NCBI GenBank assembly: GCA_040755855.1
Contig: JBFMAD010000002.1
Coordinates: forward strand, 64,001 to 128,000
Direction: 5' to 3'
DNA length: 64,000 nt
Source: Planctomycetota bacterium
GTDB lineage: Bacteria > Planctomycetota > Brocadiia > JAADGH01
Shown here: positions 10,205 through 19,482 of the stretch, piece by piece
Layout of the letters: the number at the start of each line of letters is the position of its first letter
Numbering within the stretch: the first letter of the stretch is position 1
Notes under the pieces: generated by a model
The model's input: the letters and a program-made list of their open reading frames with translations, nothing else
Databases searched by the model: none
What the model was told of the DNA's origin: nothing
Position numbers and translations under genes: made by a program

Positions 10205-10383
10205 GCCCACAACCCAAGGCTAAAATTCACATTGGACACATTTTTTCCCGCGAGAAGCAACATCATCCTGCCGATAGGGATCATATCGTTTTGTAGAATC
10301 CCTTTCTACGTATACCACCCTTCCTGAAGACAGGAAGGGTGGTATTATGTGTCCAATGTGAATTTTACCCTTGGGTTGTAGGC
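10205..10383. mobile_element. MITE-like non-coding element with long terminal inverted repeats and internal hairpins
   Basis: 10209-10241 (acaacccaaggctaaaattcacattggacacat) is the reverse complement of 10347-10379 with 1 mismatch in 33 bp; perfect 15-bp stem ataccacccttcctg-aaga-caggaagggtggtat at 10312-10345; AT-richer than flanks. Confidence 0.65.
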
Positions 10384-10393
10384 AAGGTCCGTA

Positions 10394-12313
10394 TCACGCA
10401 TTCCGGAAGTCAATCACCGTCTCGCGGTAGGCCTCGGGCAGGCCGATGTCGAACCGCCGCCCCTGCACGACGTAGCCCGTGAAGCCATGCTCCTTCCGCA
10501 ACCGGTCGAGGCAGGAGGTGAGCTGGAACTCGCCGCGCTCGCGGATGTTGTGCGTGATATGATCCTCGAGATAGTCAAACACATCCGCCGTCAGGACGTA
10601 CTGCCCGAAGATGGTCAGGAACTCGCCGGGGTTCATCCCCTCGACGCGCAGATGGTTCCGGGCGTACTCCAGGTCCGGCTTCTCCGCGAACTCGCTGATG
10701 GACAGAACCGACCCCGGCTCGTCCCACGTTCCCGTCATGCATCCGAAGTTGTGAATCTCCTCCTCCGGCGTGATCTTCATGCCGACCACGCTTTGGCCGA
10801 CGCGGTCATAGACCTCGACCAACTGTCGCGCGCACGATGTCTCCGTATTCGACGCATACAGGTGGTCGCCGAGCAGGAGCAGGAACGGCTCGTCGCCCAC
10901 CCACTCCTTGGCGCAATAGACGGCGTGGCCGAAGCCTTCCTGCCTGTCCTGGGTGATGAAGGTAATGCGCGCCCCCAGGTCCTCCAAGTGCTGGCAGTAG
11001 CGTTGGTCTTCCTGAGACAATTTGTTGAAGACCTCGATAGGCGGCGTGCGAAAGAACTCCTCGAAGAGATGCTTGTCGCCGCTCTGGACGATGATGCAGA
11101 TTTCCTCGACGCCGGCGCTGAGGGCCTCCTCGGCGATGGCCATGATGACCGGCTTCGCCCGCCCCGCGCGATCAACGATGGGAAAGAGTTCCTTCTTGAT
11201 CGCCTTGCTCGCGGGAAAGAGGCGCGTGCCGTAGCCCGCCGCCGGGACGACCGCCTTGCGCACCCGCTTGCCTGATTGGATGACCATCTTCAGGCACGGC
11301 ATGCCGAGGTCGCGCTCGATGATCTCGACAACCTTGCGCTGGGCATCTTCATCCTTCACGATGAACTGCGCCGTGCCGTCGCCTTGCGAGCCGACGCCCT
11401 TGCCGCCGAGGATGTGGGTCTGGATCGCCGGATGGTTGAGGACCTTGTGGAGGACGGGGGCCGTCAACTGCGACGGGCACGCCGGCTGGAGGTGTTCGTC
11501 GAACTTGGTTTGGGCCTCCCGCATCAACGCCCCCACCGTCTCCGCGTCGCCGCTTTGCAGCGCGGCCACGGCCTCGTGGGCAATTCGTTTGTTGATCGGG
11601 CCGAGGTACTCCTGCACCTTGCGCTGCATGTCGCCCTCGGCGAAGGGGTAGCAGTGGTTCAGCTTGCTTAGAATTTCCTTTGTGTCTTTGCCCGCGCACA
11701 GGTCCACAATCACGAAGTAAAGGTTCTTCGGCACGTTCAGCTCTTTGACGTCAATCCGCTCGCCGTCGAAGGTCATCATGATCGGCCGGTTGCCGAAGGC
11801 GCAGCCCTGGTCCATGCGGCCGCAGCGCGATGGCGTCGTGATCTCGCCGAGATAGGCGTACTCCATCTCGCCCCGGATCGTCATCTTCAGGTCGTAGATT
11901 CGGTTAAAGGCCCGCGCCACGAGTACGCAAATGGCGGCGCTCGACGAGAGGCCCTTCTTCACCGGCAGATCGGTGAGGTAGTTGTCAATCTCCAGCCCCC
12001 GGACGCGGTAATGGGTGAAGACCTGATAGGCCACGCCGGCGGCGTAGCTGAAAAAGCCGCCCTTCTCGGCCTCGGCGAGCAGGGCCTCGCTGTCCATCGG
12101 CAGCTCGAATGGCCCCATGCGCGCGCCGTCGCTCAACGCCGACCGGAGGATGAGCTTCGTCGGGTGCGGCTTCACCTCGGCATGGATGCCCTGGTTTGTG
12201 CCGGTGATGATGGTGAAGCCCTTTTCGAGCTTCGCGTTGATGCGGCGGTATCCGCCCGCCCAGTCGCTGTGCTCGCCGAAGAGGCAGATGCGGCCAGGAA
12301 CGAATATCTTCAT
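10394..12313 (-). CDS. GHMP sugar kinase fused to GalU-like sugar-1-phosphate nucleotidyltransferase
   Basis: N-term PGRICLFGEHSD, LPVKKGLSSSAA, GSQGDG (GHMP); C-term KAVVPAAGYGTRLFPASK..KE, QEGFGHAV, LLGDH, EKP, FDIG. Confidence 0.85.
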   Translation of the reverse strand: MKIFVPGRICLFGEHSDWAGGYRRINAKLEKGFTIITGTNQGIHAEVKPHPTKLILRSALSDGARMGPFELPMDSEALLAEAEKGGFFSYAAGVAYQVFTHYRVRGLEIDNYLTDLPVKKGLSSSAAICVLVARAFNRIYDLKMTIRGEMEYAYLGEITTPSRCGRMDQGCAFGNRPIMMTFDGERIDVKELNVPKNLYFVIVDLCAGKDTKEILSKLNHCYPFAEGDMQRKVQEYLGPINKRIAHEAVAALQSGDAETVGALMREAQTKFDEHLQPACPSQLTAPVLHKVLNHPAIQTHILGGKGVGSQGDGTAQFIVKDEDAQRKVVEIIERDLGMPCLKMVIQSGKRVRKAVVPAAGYGTRLFPASKAIKKELFPIVDRAGRAKPVIMAIAEEALSAGVEEICIIVQSGDKHLFEEFFRTPPIEVFNKLSQEDQRYCQHLEDLGARITFITQDRQEGFGHAVYCAKEWVGDEPFLLLLGDHLYASNTETSCARQLVEVYDRVGQSVVGMKITPEEEIHNFGCMTGTWDEPGSVLSISEFAEKPDLEYARNHLRVEGMNPGEFLTIFGQYVLTADVFDYLEDHITHNIRERGEFQLTSCLDRLRKEHGFTGYVVQGRRFDIGLPEAYRETVIDFRNA

Positions 12314-12345
12314 TGTTGAGATTCCTCCCGTCCGTGCGCAGACTA

Positions 12346-12504
12346 AGGGGTCAGGTCTTCAGGGCGTGTTGCCCAGAGACGATCTTCACGGCTTGACAGG
12401 CAAGCCGTGCCACCCCGCGTGCACCAGTGAGGTCGAAAGGTGGCACGGGTTGCTCGCAACCCGTGATCTCGATTTCGGCAACACGCCCTGAAGACCTGAC
12501 CCCT
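12346..12504. repeat. Nested palindromic (REP/REPIN-like) element
   Basis: Perfect 28-bp inverted repeat 12346-12373 / 12477-12504 enclosing two related hairpin units at 12387-12414 and 12439-12465 (GGTGGCACGG..CCGTG) in opposite orientation. Confidence 0.75.
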
Positions 12505-12511
12505 ATTATTC

Positions 12512-13312
12512 CTACATCGCGATAATTTTTCTCATCGTCTCCGCCGTCTTCTTATGATCGTCGGGCGTGCCGCTGCACTCCTGGATGATCGGGCCGTTGT
12601 AGCCGATCTCGCGGAGGGTCTTCATCAAGAGCGGCCAGTTCGTGTCGCCCTGGGTGAGGGGGACGAACTTGTAATCCTTGCGCACGAAGTCCTTCACGTG
12701 CACCATCTTGATGTAAGGGGCGCAAATCCGCGCCCACTGCTCCCCGAAGCCGATGATCATCATGTTGCCGTTGTCGAAGTAGAACCCGATGTTCTTGCTG
12801 TTGACCTTCTTGAGGAAGTCGCGCATCTCCAGGGGGCTGACCAGGAACTTGCCCCAGACGTATTCCACGTCGAAATTCACGCCGATCTTCTCGACGTCCT
12901 TTTTCATCGCCTTGAGCGCCTTGAGCGCCGTCTCGTAGGCTACGTCGTAGGGCAGCTTTTCCGTCACTGCGCCGAGGACGATCAGGACGTCGCCTACCCC
13001 CATCTTGGCGGCGGTTTCGAGGACCTGGAGCGTCTTCTGCCTTGCCTCCTTGTTGGCCGCGGGATCGGGGTTAATCAGCGATCCAGCGCGGCCGCCGGAG
13101 CAGAGCGACGAGATCTCGACGCCCAGTCCGTCGGCCATCGCCTTCCATTCCTTGAGCTGCGAGTCGGTCGTGTTGACGTTCAGCTCCGCGTCGTCGGCGA
13201 TGACCAGCTCGATCGCCTCATATCCCGCCTCTTTGCAGAACTCCAGGCTGTCCTTGATGCTCATGCGCTTGCCGTCCTTGCTCAGCACCAACTGCGTAAC
13301 ACCGATCTTCAT
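12512..13312 (-). CDS. Sugar phosphate isomerase/epimerase (AP_endonuc_2 TIM barrel)
   Basis: GYEAIEL, VEYVW, YFDNGN, VHVKDF, GDTNW, IQE metal-binding motifs. Confidence 0.85.
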   Translation of the reverse strand: MKIGVTQLVLSKDGKRMSIKDSLEFCKEAGYEAIELVIADDAELNVNTTDSQLKEWKAMADGLGVEISSLCSGGRAGSLINPDPAANKEARQKTLQVLETAAKMGVGDVLIVLGAVTEKLPYDVAYETALKALKAMKKDVEKIGVNFDVEYVWGKFLVSPLEMRDFLKKVNSKNIGFYFDNGNMMIIGFGEQWARICAPYIKMVHVKDFVRKDYKFVPLTQGDTNWPLLMKTLREIGYNGPIIQECSGTPDDHKKTAETMRKIIAM

Positions 13313-13411
13313 GCGATTTACTCCTCCGAAAAGTTATGTCTACCAGAAACCAAAGAATCCAAACGCGGACAATGCCCGCAACCCCGCCAACGGGGGGGAC
13401 AATTCCGCGTC

Positions 13412-13440
13412 ATTTTGCCCGCTTTCTTTCTGTTTGTCAA
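13412..13440 (-). promoter_or_regulatory. Putative sigma70-type promoter for the epimerase
   Basis: Minus strand TTGACA-17 bp-CAAAAT in divergent intergenic region. Confidence 0.45.
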
Positions 13441-13528
13441 CGAGAATTGCTTGACGCGCCCGCCCATTCATGTTATATACTGGCGCATTGCGCTATAGAA
13501 CAAAAATGGAGGCGACAGGGAGAGAGCC

Positions 13529-14551
13529 ATGGCCAAAGACATGCTGGTGGAAGTTTATAAGGGAACGCCGCCGGATGTGTGTGTGTGCGACCAGGCGCTG
13601 CGCATCATGCCCAATGGAGACTGGGTTATCATTTTCATGACTGGAGGGGAAACTGAACCCCGAAAGGAAAACCATATCGCCCTCTGCCGCTCGACCGACA
13701 AGGGCAAGACATGGACGCCGAAACAAACGGTCCTGAAATTTTCCGATAAGGCGTGCACCCTGTCCGAGGCCTACGTCCACGAGGACCGCGTGGTCGTCAT
13801 GGTGAATGTCCATGACGGCAACTTCGGCAACTGGGAGAATTTCACCATCACCAGCCGGGACAGCGGCAAGACGTGGGACGCCCCCACGCCCTTCGAGCCG
13901 ATGCCCAAACGCGCCTTTCTCCGGAATCTCTACGTCAGCACGTGGGGCGCGTGGTATCTTCCGTATCAGACCTACCTCAGCGAGGCGGTGGCTGACCCGG
14001 CGGTTTCGCCCCTCAAGGACGGCTCGCACAAGTCGGCCTACAACGGCGTCCTCATCAGCGAGGACCAGGGGCAGACGTGGGCGGCGTCGGCGCCGACAGG
14101 GCCTATCTCGGGATGGGCGGAGAACAATGTCGTCGAGCTGAGCGACGGGACCATGGTCATGCTGATCCGCGCCGACGGGACCGGCAACCTCATGCGCAGC
14201 GTCTCGACCGACAAGGGCATGACGTGGTCGGAGCCTCTGGGCGTGGAGATTCCCAACCCCAGTTCAAAGTTCCGCATGCACCGACTGGCGAACGGACGCA
14301 TTGTCATCGTCCATAATCCGAACGTCCTCCACGGCGTGCGCAATCCGCTGGCCGTGTGGATGTCCGACGATGACATGAAACAGTATCGCTTCAAGCGGGT
14401 CGTCTGCGACATGAAGGGCCAGCTTCAGTATCCCGACGGCTTTGTGGACGAGCAGACCGGCTACGTCCATGTCGCCTTCGACCACAATCGCAATCGCCTG
14501 ATGTATCTCAGCACCACGCTGCCCGATGTGATGAGGCTGAAGCTCAAATGA
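13529..14551 (+). CDS. Sialidase/BNR (Asp-box) beta-propeller protein
   Basis: Repeated SxDxGxTW Asp boxes (STDKGKTW, SRDSGKTW, SEDQGQTW, STDKGMTW), RNPL and QYP motifs. Confidence 0.82.
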   Translation: MAKDMLVEVYKGTPPDVCVCDQALRIMPNGDWVIIFMTGGETEPRKENHIALCRSTDKGKTWTPKQTVLKFSDKACTLSEAYVHEDRVVVMVNVHDGNFGNWENFTITSRDSGKTWDAPTPFEPMPKRAFLRNLYVSTWGAWYLPYQTYLSEAVADPAVSPLKDGSHKSAYNGVLISEDQGQTWAASAPTGPISGWAENNVVELSDGTMVMLIRADGTGNLMRSVSTDKGMTWSEPLGVEIPNPSSKFRMHRLANGRIVIVHNPNVLHGVRNPLAVWMSDDDMKQYRFKRVVCDMKGQLQYPDGFVDEQTGYVHVAFDHNRNRLMYLSTTLPDVMRLKLK

Positions 14552-15978
14552 ATTTCATCGGAATCTGCCTCGACACCTTCCGCGCCGACATCATCGGGAA
14601 GGGCAAGAAGCTGAGCTTCGTCGAGACGCCGAACCTGGACGCCTTCGCCAGGGAGGGCGTCGCCTTCGACCGCGCCTTCGGTGAGGGCCAGCCGACGCTC
14701 CAGATTCGGCGGGCCTTTTTTACCGGATGCCGCTCCTTCCCGTGGCGCTACAACTTCGACCGCCGCGGCCACTACCACCACGCCGCCGGCTGGCACAAAA
14801 TCCCCCCGCACCAGGACACCCTCGCCGAAATCCTCCTGGCGCGCGGATACAATACCGGCCTGGTGGCCGATGTCTATCACATGTTCAAGCCGACCATGAA
14901 CTACTCGCGCGGCTTCGTCAGCTACGAGTTCATCCGAGGCCAGGAGAGCGACAACTGGAAGCCCGGCAGCCCGAGGCTCATCGAGAAACAGATAAAGCGC
15001 CACGTCAAGGAGCCGATCAACTGGAAGAAGCACTCGACGCTGGTCCAGTATCTCCTCAACAACAAAGATCGCAAAAGCGAAGAAGACTATTTCGTCGCCC
15101 GCGTCATGCGGACGGCCGCGGACCGGCTGGAGGCAATGAAGGACACCAAGCCCTTCTTCCTTTGGGTCGAGGCCTTCGATCCGCACGAGCCCTGGGACCC
15201 GCCGGCGAAATACGCCGACAAGTACTGCCCCAACTACACCGGACGCGACTACATTATGCCCGGGGCGGCCTGGGAGAACGAGCCGGCTACGCTGAAAGAG
15301 ATTGAGCGCATCAGGGCCCTCTACTACGGCGAGGTCACGTTCGTGGACAAGTGGGTCGGCTATTTCTTGAAGAAAATTGACGACCTCGGCCTCCGCGACG
15401 ACACCATCGTCATGGTCCTCTCCGATCACGGCACGCAGGTCTATGACGACGGCGGCTTCGGCAAGGGCGGCGAAAACCTGCGATCCTATAACACCGGCAT
15501 CGTCTGGCACGTGCGCCACCCCGACGGCCCGACGGACCGTCATGTCTCCGGCTTCGTCCAGAGCCACGACGTGATGCCGACGATCCTGCACCTCCTCGAC
15601 GTCCCCTGCGACGTCGAAGGGCAGAACGTCTGGCCCCTCGTGACGGGGGAGACCGACTGCATCCGCGACCATGTGGTCATCGGCTGGGCGGGCTGGGCCA
15701 ACGGCCCGGCCGTCGGCCATGCCTCCGTCCGCGACGACGAATGGAACTACACCGTAGCCGTCGGCCAGGAGGATAAGGACCCGAAGCTCTACCACCTCCC
15801 AGGCGATCCGGAGGAAAAGAAGAACGTCGTCGCCGAGCACCCGGACGTGGTCCGGAAGCAGCGAAGACGGATCGAGACGGTGAACGGCCGGCCCCTGCCC
15901 TCGCAGCAGATCGAGGTCTGCGACCACACGCCGTCGCCAATCGCGGAGTACCTCAAGCTCAACGCTCCCACGGAGTGA
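14548..15978 (+). CDS. Sulfatase-like hydrolase with Thr at the nucleophile position
   Basis: DTFRAD, TPNLD, PTLQIR in place of C/SxPxR, FDPHEPWDPP, SDHG. Confidence 0.82.
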   Translation: MNFIGICLDTFRADIIGKGKKLSFVETPNLDAFAREGVAFDRAFGEGQPTLQIRRAFFTGCRSFPWRYNFDRRGHYHHAAGWHKIPPHQDTLAEILLARGYNTGLVADVYHMFKPTMNYSRGFVSYEFIRGQESDNWKPGSPRLIEKQIKRHVKEPINWKKHSTLVQYLLNNKDRKSEEDYFVARVMRTAADRLEAMKDTKPFFLWVEAFDPHEPWDPPAKYADKYCPNYTGRDYIMPGAAWENEPATLKEIERIRALYYGEVTFVDKWVGYFLKKIDDLGLRDDTIVMVLSDHGTQVYDDGGFGKGGENLRSYNTGIVWHVRHPDGPTDRHVSGFVQSHDVMPTILHLLDVPCDVEGQNVWPLVTGETDCIRDHVVIGWAGWANGPAVGHASVRDDEWNYTVAVGQEDKDPKLYHLPGDPEEKKNVVAEHPDVVRKQRRRIETVNGRPLPSQQIEVCDHTPSPIAEYLKLNAPTE

Positions 15979-16072
15979 ACCATCGCGGGCGGCTGCCGCG
16001 CCGTGCGTCTCCCTTTGCCAGGACCGTACTGCGGCCGACAACCCATAGAGTCAAAGCGGAGGAAGATGTGTC

Positions 16073-17941
16073 ATGCTGCGAAAGGTTTTCCTCATGATCT
16101 GCCTGGTTACGCTGGGTATAGGGGAGTCGTCGGGCGACGATTTCCATGTGGGGGTCAAGGACCAGCCGTTTGCGACGCTCCATGCCGCCGTCGCTGCCGC
16201 CCGGAAGGTGGGAGCGGACAAGCCCCGCCGCATCCTGGTCCATGCCGGGACGCACTTCCTGCCGGAACCTGTGAAACTCGACGCCCGTGATTCCGGTCTC
16301 ACGATCGAGGCGGCTGGCGATGGGGAGGTCGTCCTCTGCGGCGGCAAACGCGTCACCGGCTGGGAAAAAGACGGCGAGACGCGCTGGTCGGCGAGGGTCC
16401 CCGATGCAGTCGGCCGGAAGTGGGATTTCCGCATGCTCGTCGTCAATGGGCGCTTCTGCAAGCGGGCGCGCTATCCGAAGGACGGCTTTCTGGAGCATCT
16501 TACGGAGTTCAAGGTCCCGTGGATGAGCACGACGGGCGGCGGCTGGAAGCGCAAGCCGACGCAAGAGGATCTCACCACCATGCAATGCAAACCGGGCGAT
16601 CTCGGCCCGTGGCTCGATGTCAACAGCGCCGAGCTGACCGTCTACCACAAGTGGGACGAATCCGTCGTCGGCCTGGCGGGGATGGATGAGCAGAACCACG
16701 TCCTCAGGTTCTCGAACACCACGGGCCATCCGCCGGGCGCGTTTGGCGTGAAAAAGTATGTCATCTGGAACACCCGCGAGGGCATGACCGAGCCGGGACA
16801 GTGGTATCTGGATCGGACGAACGGCAAGGTCGTTTATTGGCCGATGCCGAACGAAGACATGACCACGGCAGACGTCCTTGCCCCCACCATCGAGACCATC
16901 ATCAGCATTGCGGGCAGCGAAAAAGACCTCGCCAGGGGGATCGTCATTCGCGGGCTGACGTTGGCGATCACCAACACGCCGTTGAGGGCCGGGGGGTTCG
17001 GAGCAGGCAGCTTCGCCGGCGCGGTAACGATGGTCCATGCCGAGGGCTGTCGGTTGACCGACCTGAAGGTTGTCAACGTCGGCGGGCAGGCCGTCAAAAG
17101 CTGGAAGTCCAACGGGCTTCGTGTGGAGAATTGCGACATTCATCACATCGGCGCGGGTGGAATACGGCTTGGCGGCGACGACAATGTGATTGCAAACAAC
17201 GCCGTACATCATATCGGTCTGACTTATCCGAGCGGCATAGCCGTCTCCTGCGGGGGATGCCGCAACCGGATCGCTAACAACACGGTGCACGACGCGCCCT
17301 ATTCCGCCATCACGTGCAGCAAGGACGACAACGTGATCGAGGGCAATCGCGTCCATCACTGCATGCAGGAGTTGTTGGACGGCGCGGCGATCTACATCAC
17401 TTTCTGCAAGAACGTTGTTGTGCGCGGGAACTTCGTAAGCGACATCGCCGATCCCACCGGGAGCCAGCGCCCCGCCTACTATCTTGACGAGCAGGCCGAG
17501 GGATGCCTGGTCGAGGGGAACCTGGCTCTCGACGTGCCGGTCCTGTTGAACAACCACATGGCAAGGAACAACACGATCCGAAACAACGTATTCATCGCCG
17601 AGGGCGATGGGGAGGTGACGTTCTACAACTCATCGGACTACCATTTGGAGAGAAATGTCATCTATGCGAAGGGCAAACTCCTCTTCCTGAAGCACAACGC
17701 CATTGTGACCATGCCGAACAACGTATTCTTCAGCGGCGCAGGCGCCGTCGAGGGCGAGAAAATGGAGAGATACAAACCGCTCGGCAGAGAGCCAATCGCG
17801 CCGCGCGAGGGGACAGTGATCGCCGACCCGATGTTCGACAGGATTGAGGACGGGATCGTCACCTTCAAGCCCGACTCGCCCGCTCTGAGACTGGGCATCA
17901 AGCCGCTCGACGTGAGCAAGGCAGGGAGGAAAAAAGAATGA
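16073..17941 (+). CDS. Secreted right-handed parallel beta-helix protein (pectin-lyase fold, probable glycoside hydrolase)
   Basis: Signal peptide, PFATL..A, PGQWYLDR, repeated N-x-I-x-x-N-x-I/V-H beta-helix turns, DGAAIY, YYLDE. Confidence 0.75.
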   Translation: MLRKVFLMICLVTLGIGESSGDDFHVGVKDQPFATLHAAVAAARKVGADKPRRILVHAGTHFLPEPVKLDARDSGLTIEAAGDGEVVLCGGKRVTGWEKDGETRWSARVPDAVGRKWDFRMLVVNGRFCKRARYPKDGFLEHLTEFKVPWMSTTGGGWKRKPTQEDLTTMQCKPGDLGPWLDVNSAELTVYHKWDESVVGLAGMDEQNHVLRFSNTTGHPPGAFGVKKYVIWNTREGMTEPGQWYLDRTNGKVVYWPMPNEDMTTADVLAPTIETIISIAGSEKDLARGIVIRGLTLAITNTPLRAGGFGAGSFAGAVTMVHAEGCRLTDLKVVNVGGQAVKSWKSNGLRVENCDIHHIGAGGIRLGGDDNVIANNAVHHIGLTYPSGIAVSCGGCRNRIANNTVHDAPYSAITCSKDDNVIEGNRVHHCMQELLDGAAIYITFCKNVVVRGNFVSDIADPTGSQRPAYYLDEQAEGCLVEGNLALDVPVLLNNHMARNNTIRNNVFIAEGDGEVTFYNSSDYHLERNVIYAKGKLLFLKHNAIVTMPNNVFFSGAGAVEGEKMERYKPLGREPIAPREGTVIADPMFDRIEDGIVTFKPDSPALRLGIKPLDVSKAGRKKE

Positions 17942-19392
17942 CGCGAGTTGACCGGCGAGAATTTCTGGGAACGCTGGGCGCGATGGGGCTATCGGCATTC
18001 CTCGGATCGAGAAGCGTCCTCGCCCAGGCCGCGGAGAAGAGGCTGAACTTCCTCTTCATCCTCATTGACGATCTCGGCTGGCGAGATGTAACTTGTTACG
18101 ACAGTGAGTTTTACGAGACGCCGAACATTGACAAGCTGGCGGCGAGCGGGATGCGCTTCACCGACGCTTATGCCGCCTGCCCCGTCTGCTCGCCGACGCG
18201 GGCAAGCATCCTCGCGGGCAAGTACCCGGCCACGCTGAACCTGACGGATTGGATCCCCGGCCACCCCAAGCCCTGGGCCAGGCTCAAGCCGCCGAACTTC
18301 AACCAGGAGTTACCCCTCGATGAGGTCACGATCGCCGAGGCGCTGAAGCCCGCGGGATACGTTTCCGCCGCCATCGGCAAGTGGCATCTCGGCAAGGAGG
18401 AATTCTACCCCGAGAAGCAGGGCTTCGATCTCAACGTCGGCGGCACGCACAAAGGAGCGACTTCCAGCTACTTCTCGCCCTACAAGATCGAGACGCTCCC
18501 CGACGGCCCCGAGGGCGAGCACCTGCCCCACCGCCTGGCCGACGAGGCGTGCAAGTTCATCACGACGAACAAGGAGAAGCCCTTCTTCCTCTACCTGTCC
18601 TACTACAGCGTCCACACGCCGCTGCAGTCAACGGACGCGCTCATCGAGAAATACACCAAGAAGGCCGAGGCCGGCCCCGACAAGGCCCAGGGCAATCCCA
18701 AGTACGCCGGCATGGTCCAGAGCATGGACGAGTCGGTAGGCAAGGTGCTGGCGAAACTCAATAAACTCGGCATCGCCGACCGGACGGTCGTCTTCTTCAT
18801 GAGCGACAACGGCGGCTTGGCCGGAGTGACGAACAATGCGCCGCTCCGCGCGGGGAAAGGAACGCCCTACGAGGGCGGCGTCCGCGAGCCGATGATCATC
18901 CGGTGGCCGGGGGTAGTCAAGCCGGGCAGCGTGTGCAGCGTTCCCGTAACGAGCGTGGACTTCTACCCGACGATCCTGGAGATGGCCAGCGTGAAGGGCG
19001 ACCCGAAGCACGAACTCGAAGGTGTCAGTCTGGTTCCGCTCCTGAAGCAGACGGGCGGCATCGAGCGCGAGGCGATCTACTGGCACTATCCGCACTACCA
19101 TCGGACGACGCCGTGCGGGGCCGTCCGCAAGGGCGACTGGAAACTGATCGAGTTCTACGAGGACGGCAAGCTGGAGCTCTACAACCTGAAGGACGACATC
19201 AGCGAGGCGACCGACCTTTCCGCGAAGATGCCGGAAAAGACGTCCGAGTTGCACGGTCTGCTCAAGGCCTGGCGCGAGAAGGTCAACGCGCAGATGCCGA
19301 CCCCGAACCCCGATTACGATCCTGCGAGAGCGGACGAGCGGCCCCAGCAGCAGAAGAAGAGGGGAAAGGTCAAAGCCCAAATCGGAAAATAA
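17938..19392 (+). CDS. Cys-type (formylglycine) sulfatase with Tat signal
   Basis: RREFL twin-arginine signal, DDLG, CSPTRASIL, GKWHLG, SDNGG, GKGTPYEGG. Confidence 0.92.
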   Translation: MTRVDRREFLGTLGAMGLSAFLGSRSVLAQAAEKRLNFLFILIDDLGWRDVTCYDSEFYETPNIDKLAASGMRFTDAYAACPVCSPTRASILAGKYPATLNLTDWIPGHPKPWARLKPPNFNQELPLDEVTIAEALKPAGYVSAAIGKWHLGKEEFYPEKQGFDLNVGGTHKGATSSYFSPYKIETLPDGPEGEHLPHRLADEACKFITTNKEKPFFLYLSYYSVHTPLQSTDALIEKYTKKAEAGPDKAQGNPKYAGMVQSMDESVGKVLAKLNKLGIADRTVVFFMSDNGGLAGVTNNAPLRAGKGTPYEGGVREPMIIRWPGVVKPGSVCSVPVTSVDFYPTILEMASVKGDPKHELEGVSLVPLLKQTGGIEREAIYWHYPHYHRTTPCGAVRKGDWKLIEFYEDGKLELYNLKDDISEATDLSAKMPEKTSELHGLLKAWREKVNAQMPTPNPDYDPARADERPQQQKKRGKVKAQIGK

Positions 19393-19482
19393 TGAATAAA
19401 CCCGTTCGTCTTTTTTCCTGCGCTACACATCGCCATATAAAATATGCGCCCCTTGCGTCCGGGCAAGAGCGGTCCGTCCCAA

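Noticed and set aside
13363..13410. Riboswitch or ncRNA in the epimerase leader
   Set aside because: Only a 7-bp outer stem with a short inner stem; no recognisable aptamer motifs.
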